From: Bifidobacterium breve
Lineage (GTDB): Bacteria; Actinomycetota; Actinomycetes; Nanopelagicales; Nanopelagicaceae
Assembly (NCBI GenBank): GCA_945881945.1
Contig: CAMCVO010000008.1
Location: 24,461 to 64,460, forward strand
Direction: 5' to 3'
DNA: 40,000 nucleotides
A program made the position numbers and the translations under genes. The notes under the pieces are model-generated. The model ran no database searches, was not told where the DNA came from, and saw only the letters and a list, made by a program, of their open reading frames with translations. This document shows, one piece after another, positions 27,052 to 35,517 of the stretch (the first letter of the stretch is position 1; each line of letters starts with the position of its first letter).

Positions 27052-27432
27052 TTGAGCAACGAATATATTGCAGGTAATTGCAATATTGGTAAGGGTGAAA
27101 TTAGAAGACGCCAAACAGTTGCACTCATTGGACTCTTTTTAATGTTTTTTTCAGCTTCAACAATTCTAGGAACGGAACAATCCAGGTCTGTTCGGTTGTC
27201 AATTTTTCTGCCGGCCATGATTTTTGCAATTGGCTTTATTCAAGCAAGAAAAAAGTTTTGCTTAGCTTATGGACTTGCTGGAACATTTAATTTTGGCAAA
27301 CTGGGCAGCATTACTAAAGTTCAAAGTGAGCAGGATAAAAAAGCAGATCGAAAAACTGCAATAAGTATTCTTTCTCAATCAGCTTTATTGGCTGCCGCAA
27401 TTACTTCAGTATTTTTTGCACTACCCTTATAA
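27052..27432 (+). CDS. hypothetical membrane protein (126 aa)
   Basis: TTG start. 3 hydrophobic segments. Two Cys (C10, C70). No family recognised. Confidence 0.45.
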   Translation: MSNEYIAGNCNIGKGEIRRRQTVALIGLFLMFFSASTILGTEQSRSVRLSIFLPAMIFAIGFIQARKKFCLAYGLAGTFNFGKLGSITKVQSEQDKKADRKTAISILSQSALLAAAITSVFFALPL

Positions 27433-28215
27433 ATCTTCATAACTAGAGGGTAATTCACCGACATTTAAGAATTTCAAATACTGCTCTGTAATCACCTCTG
27501 GTTCACCTGAGGCCAACATACTTCCTTTGTGCATCCATATAGCATGGTCACATAGCTCATTAATCGAAGATAACGCATGGGAAACGATCAAAATTGTTCG
27601 AGCCTCTTCACATAGCTCTCTCATCCGATTAAAAGATTTTTCCTTAAAAGCTGCATCACCTGCAGATAATGCCTCATCTAATAACAATATATCCGGAGTC
27701 ATGTTTACTGCCACCGCAAATGCAACCCTGCTATACATTCCATTGCTATAGGTTCGTACCGGCATATCAATAAATCCCTCAGGTAAATCAGCAAAAGCTG
27801 CAATGGCATCTGTCTGGCTTTCAATTTCAGCCTTACTCATTCCGGCAGCAAGCCCACCTAAAATTATGTTGTCTCGACCAGATAAGGCTTTGTTAAAACC
27901 AACACCAAGAGCTAACAAAGTTGAAATTCTGCCATTGACTGTGATCTTCCCCGCCGTCGGCGGTAAAATCCCTGCAATGGATCGCATTAGCGTTGATTTA
28001 CCTGCACCATTTGCACCAACAATTCCAACTACTGAACCATGTTGAATATCAAGATTTAAATGCTTAACTGCTTCCACAGTTCTAGTTCTGACTCTCTCGC
28101 CTTTACTTGCACGCATTATTGCATTTTTTAATGTCTTTTTAGACTCAACATTAATTTTATAACTAATTGAAAGATCCTCAATTTTAATTGCCAAATTATC
28201 TGGCAAACTCTCCAT
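27427..28215 (-). CDS. polysaccharide/glycopolymer ABC exporter ATP-binding protein (Wzt/TagH/RfbE-like, no C-terminal carbohydrate-binding domain)
   Basis: Walker A 'GANGAGKST', signature 'YSNGM' (typical of Wzt/TagH) and Walker B 'LLLDEALSAGD'. Start placed at ATG 28215, 4 nt after the permease stop; the longest ORF from 28284 overlaps it by 65 nt. Confidence 0.88.
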   Translation of the reverse strand: MESLPDNLAIKIEDLSISYKINVESKKTLKNAIMRASKGERVRTRTVEAVKHLNLDIQHGSVVGIVGANGAGKSTLMRSIAGILPPTAGKITVNGRISTLLALGVGFNKALSGRDNIILGGLAAGMSKAEIESQTDAIAAFADLPEGFIDMPVRTYSNGMYSRVAFAVAVNMTPDILLLDEALSAGDAAFKEKSFNRMRELCEEARTILIVSHALSSINELCDHAIWMHKGSMLASGEPEVITEQYLKFLNVGELPSSYEDL

Positions 28216-28219
28216 AGCC

Positions 28220-29092
28220 TTAGATGCGGACGGCAAAATCACGCTCCCTTGAGATAAAGAAATAAGCACCCATTGCAAAGGCAATCACTGCCCAAATCAA
28301 GCAACCGATTAATTGAGAAAGTGTTGGCATTAAGCCATCAATCCAAATTCTTGAGTTTGCCGAGAGTATTGGGCCCAGTGGATTTAGGTAGAGAAGTATT
28401 CTATACCAACCACTTAACATATCTGGTTGCCAAAGTACAGGCGAGGCATATAACCAAATCCTCATTATGTAAGAGAGTAGTTTTGTGGTGTCACGAAAGT
28501 ACACATTCATTGTTGCAAACAATAGAGATAATCCAAAACTAGTTATGACCAATAAAATAAACAAAAATGGCAGTACCAAGTGATTTAAACTTAGTCCTGG
28601 CAAAGTAGTGTCATTAAGAATTAATTTTCCAGCGATCACAATCAAAATATAGATTGGAATAGTTGGGAAAAACTGCCGAGCAGCACTTATTGCACTAGAT
28701 AGTGGCAAGAGTGCTCTAGGAAAGGCTTGATTTAGAATTAAGCTGCCACCTGATGTAATTGAGTGAGCACCAAGCAAAATGGTGTTCTGGGCGAAGTAAA
28801 AAGTGAACAACCCAATCAGAATGTGGCAAAGAGTGGTAAATCCACCACCTTGACCTCTACCGCCTTGAATAATTGTTACCAACAGATAATAAATTACCGC
28901 TAAAAACAAAGGGTTCAAAACCAACCAAACTTTACCGAGCTTGGAATCTAAGTATTCGGCTTTGTCAGAAAACTTAGAAAGTTCTGTTGCGAATTCCCGC
29001 CTTCTCCAGAATTCGCGAAAGTATGGCCGCATTGGCGGCAAAGATGAACTATGGGGTTCAAAAATCTGTACCTTGCTACTGGCCTCGATCAT
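28220..29092 (-). CDS. ABC-2 type exporter permease (Wzm/TagG/RfbD-like)
   Basis: Six hydrophobic segments and ABC-2 architecture. Immediately upstream of the Wzt-like ATPase. Confidence 0.85.
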   Translation of the reverse strand: MIEASSKVQIFEPHSSSLPPMRPYFREFWRRREFATELSKFSDKAEYLDSKLGKVWLVLNPLFLAVIYYLLVTIIQGGRGQGGGFTTLCHILIGLFTFYFAQNTILLGAHSITSGGSLILNQAFPRALLPLSSAISAARQFFPTIPIYILIVIAGKLILNDTTLPGLSLNHLVLPFLFILLVITSFGLSLLFATMNVYFRDTTKLLSYIMRIWLYASPVLWQPDMLSGWYRILLYLNPLGPILSANSRIWIDGLMPTLSQLIGCLIWAVIAFAMGAYFFISRERDFAVRI

Positions 29093-29097
29093 AACGG

Positions 29098-29997
29098 TTA
29101 TTCTGCCACCTTTGTTTTGGAACTACGGATCAGACTTGCAACAGTAGTCACCAGTAAAGTACCAATAATTACCACTAGTGAGAATTGGGTTGAAATTTCT
29201 GGTAATTCAAGGCCAAATACATTATGGATATTGCTGCCATGCAATGCCTCTAAAACCAGTTTTATTCCAATAAATCCAAGAATTATTGATAGACCCTCGT
29301 TTAAATATATTAAGCGTCCCATCAGTCCACCTAGCAGAAAATAAATTTGACGCAATCCCATTAGCGCAAATGCATTTGCAGTGAAGACAATATATGGATC
29401 CTTTGTTAAACCAAAAATCGCAGGAATTGAATCTAACGCAAAGATTAAATCTGTAAAAGCAATCGCAATCAGCACTATTGTCAGAGGCGAGGCTCCTCTT
29501 TTTCTAAACCAAGTAATCAACCTCCCCTCCTTCCACTCTTTTTCCTTGTCCTCGGTGAAAAGTTTGTAAGCGGTAAAAATCAGGAAAGCACCAAAAATGT
29601 AAAAAACCCAAGAGTATCTATTGATAACCGCTGAACCAATTACTATAAAAATTCCTCGCAGGATTAGCGCCATTACAATTCCTGCCAAAAGGACTAATTG
29701 TTGCTTTTTCTTACTGATTTGAAATCGTGCAAGAATCAAAATAAATATGAATAGATTATCAACGGATAGTGAGTATTCAGTTATCCAGCCAGCAAAAAAT
29801 TCACCCCGGGCCTGGGTAGTGCTCCACTGACCAAGAGAAATACCAAAAATAATTGCAGCACTTACATAAAAAACAGTCCAAGCAGCAGCTTCCTTGATAG
29901 TGGTGTCTTTATTTCGCCTAACTATTGCAAGTGCTAAATCAAAGGCAAGTACAGCCAACAATCCTATGATAGTTAATTCCCAGACAGTTGAACTCAT
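29098..29997 (-). CDS. terC: TerC-family integral membrane protein
   Basis: 'ITEYSLSVDNLFIF' and 'FALDSIPAIFGLT' are the paired TerC signature helices. About 9 TM segments. Confidence 0.88.
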   Translation of the reverse strand: MSSTVWELTIIGLLAVLAFDLALAIVRRNKDTTIKEAAAWTVFYVSAAIIFGISLGQWSTTQARGEFFAGWITEYSLSVDNLFIFILILARFQISKKKQQLVLLAGIVMALILRGIFIVIGSAVINRYSWVFYIFGAFLIFTAYKLFTEDKEKEWKEGRLITWFRKRGASPLTIVLIAIAFTDLIFALDSIPAIFGLTKDPYIVFTANAFALMGLRQIYFLLGGLMGRLIYLNEGLSIILGFIGIKLVLEALHGSNIHNVFGLELPEISTQFSLVVIIGTLLVTTVASLIRSSKTKVAE

Positions 29998-30189
29998 ATA
30001 AATTAATACCCTCCCAGGATTAGAACACCATTTAACACGGTTGCTTGTTTAATGCTGCTTATTACTCTCTGCGAATCAGCCTCAGTTTTCTATCCTGAAA
30101 CCCTCTTCCTAGCCAATTCTAGGTCCTTTAACAAGTAATTAAAGCACATTTATTAATCATGTTAACTAGTAATTTTAGGATTTATGCGC

Positions 30190-30207
30190 AGAACAAGGGC
30201 TTGTTCT
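30190..30207. promoter_or_regulatory. 18-bp perfect palindrome in the AT-rich terC/aminotransferase spacer
   Basis: AGAACAAG-GG-CTTGTTCT. It is not followed by a T-run on either strand, so it is operator-like rather than terminator-like. Confidence 0.3.
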
Positions 30208-30547
30208 AAATTTATGTCAAAGTAAGAAGTATAAACTACCAGTTTTTCAATCTAATACTGGTAAGGGTGTGCAGATATATGAACACGATTCGTCCCAAGA
30301 TTAAGATCGTTAATATGTTTTAACTTATAGAAATATATTAAATTATTTTTGTTAGCGATTTTTGATATTGAATTTTAATGATAAATAATTAAATTAGTGG
30401 TCAATAAATTTCAAAGATTTACGCATGAATTTATCGTAGTTGCTTAAAAATTTAACTCTGCTAAACTACGTCAGTAAGATAACTTTTGATTAGGAGAGTG
30501 CACGCCAAACTTCGGTCTATTAGGACCCTTTGACAGTACAAACCCGC

Positions 30548-31942
30548 ATGAAAACACAAACGCACCACAACCAAACCTTTCGTTCAGTTCCAGCGCATTC
30601 AAAGCCATTAGATAAAACTCGCCTTGAAAAGTTGTTTCAACAACAAATAGATTTATATAAATCAAATCTTCGTAGCTCAAGCTCTGAGTACTTAACTGCA
30701 CTTAAAACTATTCCGCTAGGGGCGCACTCAACCTTTCAATCATTTGATCCATATCCAATCTCAATCAAATCAGCCAAAGGTGCCTGGATGGTTGATGTGG
30801 ATGGTCGAAAGATGCTAGATCTATCCATGGGCTTTGGCTCAATGTTGGTTGGTCACTTAAATCCTGAGGTAATGGCCGAGCTTAAAAGCACATTAGATGT
30901 TGGCACCTTGTACACCGCACCATCTCCTGACTCTCGAGATGCTGCTGAGCGATTGTGCCGTCGATTTGGAATTGATCAGATCAGATTTACTAACTCAGGC
31001 ACTGAATCAACGATGTATGCGGTAAGAACTGCCCGGGCTTATACCGGTAAAGAGGGCGTAGTAAAGGTGGAAGGTGGCTACCACGGAAGTGGGGATGCGC
31101 TATTGGTTTCTAATAAACCACCACTAGATAAAGCAGGACCAGCAGATGCTCCAGTCCCAGTAATTGGCAATGCGGTAGTTCCAGGTTTGTCATATGTGGT
31201 TCCATACAACAATATTGAAGCACTTGAAGCGGTATTCCAGAAACACTCTGACAAAATTGCCTGCTTTATTGTGGAACCTGTTTTGGAAAATGTTGGAATT
31301 ATTTTGCCAGATGAGGGTTACTTAGAATCAGTGCGAGCCCTCTGTGATGAGTACAAGATTGTTTTAATTTTTGATGAGGTTAAGACTGGTTTAACCGCTG
31401 GCCCACAAGGTGCTGCCCAACGTCTTGGCGTAATCCCAGATTTAATTTGTTTAGCAAAATCAATTGGTGGTGGAATTCCACTTGCAGCATTTGGTGGAAA
31501 AACAGAGTTTATGAAACCAGTAACTGATGGCCGAATGCCACACCTTGGTACATTTAATGGACATATTTTGGCAATGGCAGCGGTTAGAGCAGTAGATAAG
31601 CTTTGTACACCAGCAGCTCTTGAAAAGGCTGAGTCTTTAAATATTCAAGCATTAACTAGAATCCGTGAAATTATCGATGAGTATGAATTACCAGCACACA
31701 CTGTTGGTTTTGGCGTGAAGGGTTGTATAACCTGGTCTGATCGACCAGTTAGAAATTATCGCGATTACAAAGCAACAGATTTCCAAATTGCTGAGCTTTC
31801 ATTTATCTGGTCACTAAATCATGGAATTATGACGCCACCAGGATTAGATGAGCAGTGGTTGATCTCCCTTGCCCATGGTCAGGCTGAGGTTGATTTTATG
31901 GTTAATGACTTTAAGGAATTTGCTAAAACTCTTCGCAGCTAA
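30548..31942 (+). CDS. class-III (GSA-aminomutase-like) PLP aminotransferase
   Basis: 'FTNSGTESTMYAVRTARAYTG', 'FDEVKTG' and the PLP-Lys in 'LAKSIGGGIPLA'. The start is ambiguous: TTG 30530, ATG 30548, or TTG 30632, which gives the family-typical N-terminal length. Confidence 0.85.
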   Translation: MKTQTHHNQTFRSVPAHSKPLDKTRLEKLFQQQIDLYKSNLRSSSSEYLTALKTIPLGAHSTFQSFDPYPISIKSAKGAWMVDVDGRKMLDLSMGFGSMLVGHLNPEVMAELKSTLDVGTLYTAPSPDSRDAAERLCRRFGIDQIRFTNSGTESTMYAVRTARAYTGKEGVVKVEGGYHGSGDALLVSNKPPLDKAGPADAPVPVIGNAVVPGLSYVVPYNNIEALEAVFQKHSDKIACFIVEPVLENVGIILPDEGYLESVRALCDEYKIVLIFDEVKTGLTAGPQGAAQRLGVIPDLICLAKSIGGGIPLAAFGGKTEFMKPVTDGRMPHLGTFNGHILAMAAVRAVDKLCTPAALEKAESLNIQALTRIREIIDEYELPAHTVGFGVKGCITWSDRPVRNYRDYKATDFQIAELSFIWSLNHGIMTPPGLDEQWLISLAHGQAEVDFMVNDFKEFAKTLRS

Positions 31943-31943
31943 C

Positions 31944-33428
31944 TTAGGTATTTTGTGGGAAACCTAAATTAATTCCACCATGGCTTGGATCTAACCAGCG
32001 ACTAGTAACAACCTTGCCGCGGGTAAAGAAGTGAACCCCTTCAGTTCCATGCGCATGTGAATCACCAAATAATGAGTTCTTCCAACCACCAAATGAGAAG
32101 TAAGCCATTGGCACTGGAATCGGCACATTGATACCAACCATGCCAACCTCAACCTCATTTTGGAAGCGTCTTGCAGCGCCACCATCATTGGTGAAGATGG
32201 CAGTGCCATTTCCATATTGATGATTGTTGACCAGCTTTAATGCCTCGTCATAGCTTTTAACTCTAATAACGCTAAGTACTGGTCCAAATATCTCTTCCTG
32301 ATAGATGCTCATACTTGGCTTAACCTGATCAAATAAGGTTGGCCCAAGCCAAAATCCTTCGCCATCAACCTCAACTTTTCGGCCATCAAAAACAATCTTG
32401 GCACCCTCTTTTTCACCAGCTGCGATGTAAGAGGCGACCTTGTCTCGGTGCACCTTGGTCACAAGTGGGCCCATGTCAGCACCCTTTGTGCCATCACCAG
32501 TTTTAATCTTATTTGCTCGTTGAGTTATCTTCTCAATTAATTTGTCTGCAATTGGCTCCACCGCAACAATTGCTGAGATCGCCATACATCTTTCACCTGC
32601 TGAGCCAAAACCGGCATTAATTGCCGCATCTGCAGCTAACTCTAAATCAGCATCTGGCAGAACAATCATGTGGTTTTTCGCGCCACCCAATGCCTGCACT
32701 CGCTTGCCAGCTTTTGTGCCAGTCTCATACACATACTTTGCAATTGGAGTTGAGCCAACAAATGAAACTGATTTAATCCCAGGATGTGTCAGCAATGCAT
32801 CAACTGCGACCTTATCGCCGTGAACTACGTTAAAGACACCATCTGGTAATCCGGCATCTTTGAGTAATTGGGCAACAAACATAATTGCACTTGGATCTTT
32901 CTCACTTGGCTTAACAATTACTGTGTTGCCGCATGCGATTGCAATTGGGAAAAACCACATCGGCACCATGGCTGGAAAATTAAATGGCGAAATCACCGCT
33001 ACCGGTCCTAGCGGCTGACGAATTGAGTAAACATCTACACCAGTTGAAACCTCTTCAGAAAATCCGCCCTTGAGTAGATGGGGGATGCCACAGGCAAACT
33101 CAACTACCTCAAGTCCACGTGTTACCTCACCAAAGGCATCACTTAATACTTTGCCATGTTCCTTGGTAATTAAGGCAGCTATTTGCTCTTTATTTTGATT
33201 TACTAATTCACGAAATGCAAAGAGCACCTGGGTGCGCTTAGTCAGTGAGCTATGGCGCCAAGTTTCAAAAGCTTTTGTAGCCACATCTACAGCAGCATCA
33301 ATAGTTGCAGTTGTTGCAAAATTTACCTTGGCACTTACTTGACCGGTTGCCGGGTTATAGACATCACCAGTGCGCTCTGATTTTTCAGTTGAAAGTTGGT
33401 TATTGATCCAATGTGAAATAGTTTCCAT
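31944..33428 (-). CDS. mmsA: CoA-acylating methylmalonate/malonate-semialdehyde dehydrogenase
   Basis: ALDH fold with 'FNFPAMVPMWF', the catalytic Cys in 'GERCMA' and 'EEIFGPVL'. About 494 aa, typical of MmsA. Confidence 0.88.
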   Translation of the reverse strand: METISHWINNQLSTEKSERTGDVYNPATGQVSAKVNFATTATIDAAVDVATKAFETWRHSSLTKRTQVLFAFRELVNQNKEQIAALITKEHGKVLSDAFGEVTRGLEVVEFACGIPHLLKGGFSEEVSTGVDVYSIRQPLGPVAVISPFNFPAMVPMWFFPIAIACGNTVIVKPSEKDPSAIMFVAQLLKDAGLPDGVFNVVHGDKVAVDALLTHPGIKSVSFVGSTPIAKYVYETGTKAGKRVQALGGAKNHMIVLPDADLELAADAAINAGFGSAGERCMAISAIVAVEPIADKLIEKITQRANKIKTGDGTKGADMGPLVTKVHRDKVASYIAAGEKEGAKIVFDGRKVEVDGEGFWLGPTLFDQVKPSMSIYQEEIFGPVLSVIRVKSYDEALKLVNNHQYGNGTAIFTNDGGAARRFQNEVEVGMVGINVPIPVPMAYFSFGGWKNSLFGDSHAHGTEGVHFFTRGKVVTSRWLDPSHGGINLGFPQNT

Positions 33429-33471
33429 ATCCCAACCTTACCTCAAAGAATTTACCGCCATGAAATTACCC

Positions 33472-33496
33472 CTTCCTACCAAAAAACCATAGGAAG
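33472..33496. promoter_or_regulatory. inverted repeat in the mmsA/aminotransferase divergent promoter
   Basis: CTTCCTA-N11-TAGGAAG, centred in the 114-bp spacer between the divergently transcribed mmsA and aminotransferase genes. Confidence 0.3.
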
Positions 33497-33542
33497 TGAT
33501 TAGATTGGGGCATCAAGTCAGGCCAACAAACCAGGGAGCAAA

Positions 33543-34880
33543 GTGAGTACCCCAGAGAACAACCCAGATAAGGCAGCAAAGGTTTTTGCTGATGACCGTG
33601 CATATGTTTTCCACTCTTGGTCAGCACAGGGGCAGATCACACCAATGACAGTTGCCGGCGGTGCCGGTTCATACTTTTGGGATTTCAATGGCAAGAAGTA
33701 CTTAGATTTTTCATGTCAACTAGTTTTTACAAATATTGGCCATCAGCATCCAAAGGTAATTGCAGCGATCAAAGAGCAAGCTGATGTGCTTGCAACTGTG
33801 GCACCACAACATGCCAATGAGGCAAGAAATGAAGCAGCAAAGCGCATCACTGGCGTAGCAGGTGATAGCTTTAAAAAAGTTTTCTTTACAAATGGTGGCG
33901 CAGATGGCATAGAGAATGCGATCCGAATGGCCAGGCTTCACACTAACAAACACAAGGTTTTATCTACCTATCGTTCTTATCATGGCAATACTGGCTCTGC
34001 GATTAATGCAACAGGTGATCCAAGAAGATTTCCAAATGAGTTTGGTTATGGACATGTGCACTTTTGGGGTCCATATCTTTATCGCACCGCTTTTTGGGCC
34101 ACAAATCAGGAAGAGGAGTGCCAGCGAGCACTTGAGCATTTAGAGCAAACAATTATTTTTGAAGGTCCAAAGACAATTGCGGCAATCGTAATTGAGTCAG
34201 TCCCAGGAACAGCTGGTGTGTTAGTACCACCTGCAGGATATCTAGATGGCTTGCGAGCACTTTGTGACAAGTATGAAATTCTTTGGATTGCAGATGAGGT
34301 TATGTCTGGCTTTGGTAGAACTGGTAAATGGTTTGGCTTCCAGCACTCTAAATCAACTCCTGATCTAATTGTCTTTGCCAAGGGTGTTACCTCAGGTTAT
34401 GTGCCACTTGGTGGGGTAATAATTCCAGAAAAAATTGCGAAGACATTTGATGAGCGAGTATTTCCAGGTGGACTCACCTATTCAGGCCACCCACTTGCTT
34501 GTGCTACTGCAGTTGCAACTATTGATGTAATGAAAAGTGAGAAGATGGTAGAAAATGCTGCCAGTATTGGTGAGAAAATCCTTGGGCCTGGATTAAATGA
34601 GTTAGCGAAAAAACATCAAGTAATTGGCGATATTAGAGGCGCAGGTGTTTTCTGGGGAGTAGATATGGTCACAGATAGAAAAACACGTGAACCACTTGCG
34701 CCATATGGTGCATCTAGTCCAAAGATGAATGAGATTGTGGCAACTTGCAAGAAAAATGGTTTGATGCCATTTAATAACTTCAACCGAATTCACATGGTGC
34801 CACCATGCAATATCTCTGAAAGTGATGCCAAGTTAGGCTTAGAGTTACTATCTAAGTCACTAACTGAGATCGGTCTCTAG
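33543..34880 (+). CDS. class-III omega-amino acid:pyruvate aminotransferase (beta-alanine/taurine-pyruvate type)
   Basis: 'FTNGGADGIENAIRMAR', 'ADEVMSGFGRTGKWF' and 'FAKGVTSGYVPLG' (PLP-Lys). GTG start with SD AGGGAG. Confidence 0.88.
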   Translation: MSTPENNPDKAAKVFADDRAYVFHSWSAQGQITPMTVAGGAGSYFWDFNGKKYLDFSCQLVFTNIGHQHPKVIAAIKEQADVLATVAPQHANEARNEAAKRITGVAGDSFKKVFFTNGGADGIENAIRMARLHTNKHKVLSTYRSYHGNTGSAINATGDPRRFPNEFGYGHVHFWGPYLYRTAFWATNQEEECQRALEHLEQTIIFEGPKTIAAIVIESVPGTAGVLVPPAGYLDGLRALCDKYEILWIADEVMSGFGRTGKWFGFQHSKSTPDLIVFAKGVTSGYVPLGGVIIPEKIAKTFDERVFPGGLTYSGHPLACATAVATIDVMKSEKMVENAASIGEKILGPGLNELAKKHQVIGDIRGAGVFWGVDMVTDRKTREPLAPYGASSPKMNEIVATCKKNGLMPFNNFNRIHMVPPCNISESDAKLGLELLSKSLTEIGL

Positions 34881-34980
34881 CAGTAAGTAGATTTACCGCT
34901 AGTAATCCACAATTTTTATCTTTTATGCATTACTAACACTTTTTTCTTTATAGTTTCCAAACACAAACTTTTGGAGCTAT

Positions 34981-35193
34981 ATGAATCTAACAATGCAAAT
35001 AATTCGAGTAAATCTCCTCTTAAAATCTAAGGCCACAGCTTTTGTTAAGAGCGACAGTCGTGGAGATGTGCCTGGCTGGGTATTAGTAGTACTTATGACC
35101 ACTGCTTTGGTTACTGGCATCTGGTCAATCGCTGCGCCAAAACTAACCACAATCTTGCGCAACTCATTGGATGCAATGGGCGGTATCAGGTAG
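34981..35193 (+). CDS. Flp/DUF4244-like prepilin candidate (70 aa)
   Basis: A basic leader ending '...KSDSRG' is followed by the hydrophobic helix 'DVPGWVLVVLMTTALVTGIWSIA' and a short polar tail. SD GGAG 4 nt upstream of the ATG. It lacks the canonical G/xxxxEY motif. Confidence 0.5.
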   Translation: MNLTMQIIRVNLLLKSKATAFVKSDSRGDVPGWVLVVLMTTALVTGIWSIAAPKLTTILRNSLDAMGGIR

Positions 35194-35517
35194 TTGCGCA
35201 AGCTATTACTTGCCCAGCACCGCGGATCAGTTGAATCACTACTAACCATACTCCCGCAAGTTTTTGTATTTTTAGTTATGTTTCAACTGATCTTTATGCA
35301 ATTCAATGTCATGCGTTCAACTAACTTAAATCAAGGAGAGTTGGCAACCACAGCAATTACTGGCTCAGGTGATAACTATGTGAGATACCCACTTATTGGT
35401 GGCGGCTCTGTCTTGGTCATTGAAGATAAGAGTCATATTGAGAAGTTTATTGATTTTGGCAATCTTTCAGGTAAGAAAATATTGGCAATTGCAGTAGATG
35501 AAGACTCTGCCAATTAA
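35194..35517 (+). CDS. TadE-like pseudopilin candidate
   Basis: 'AQHRG-SVESLLTILPQVFVFLVMF' is a prepilin-like N-terminus. The TTG start abuts the upstream TAG. Confidence 0.45.
   Translation: MRKLLLAQHRGSVESLLTILPQVFVFLVMFQLIFMQFNVMRSTNLNQGELATTAITGSGDNYVRYPLIGGGSVLVIEDKSHIEKFIDFGNLSGKKILAIAVDEDSAN

Noticed and set aside
29998-30140. Possible yybP-ykoY (Mn2+) riboswitch in the terC leader, since TerC genes often carry one
   Set aside because: I reverse-complemented the leader. It lacks the hallmark GGGGAGUAG, UUGACAUA and GAGACC blocks. Only a vague 'AGAGAGUAA' and a 5-bp CCUAG/CUAGG hairpin are present. A covariance-model scan would be needed to exclude a divergent member.
30471-30701. 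76-aa minus-strand ORF spanning the aminotransferase 5' end
   Set aside because: It is antisense to a well-supported CDS, has no SD and has no recognisable family. It is a shadow ORF.
30471-34977. Short shared strings at both edges of the aminotransferase/mmsA trio as target-site duplications or insertion scars: CAGTAAG at 30472-30478 and 34881-34887, AACTTTTG before an SD-like GGAG at both sites, and TCGGTCT
   Set aside because: The matches are only 7-8 nt, lie in a different relative order at the two ends, and sit in AT-rich sequence. This is consistent with chance.
4436-35196. TAG recoding or readthrough as a genome-wide feature, suggested by two in-frame TAG junctions (fdxA|dapC and flp-like|tadE-like)
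   Set aside because: TAG terminates many well-defined genes here at conserved C-termini (TetR, mtrA, GNAT, the aminotransferase, smpB and others). Same-frame adjacency is expected by chance for one junction in three.
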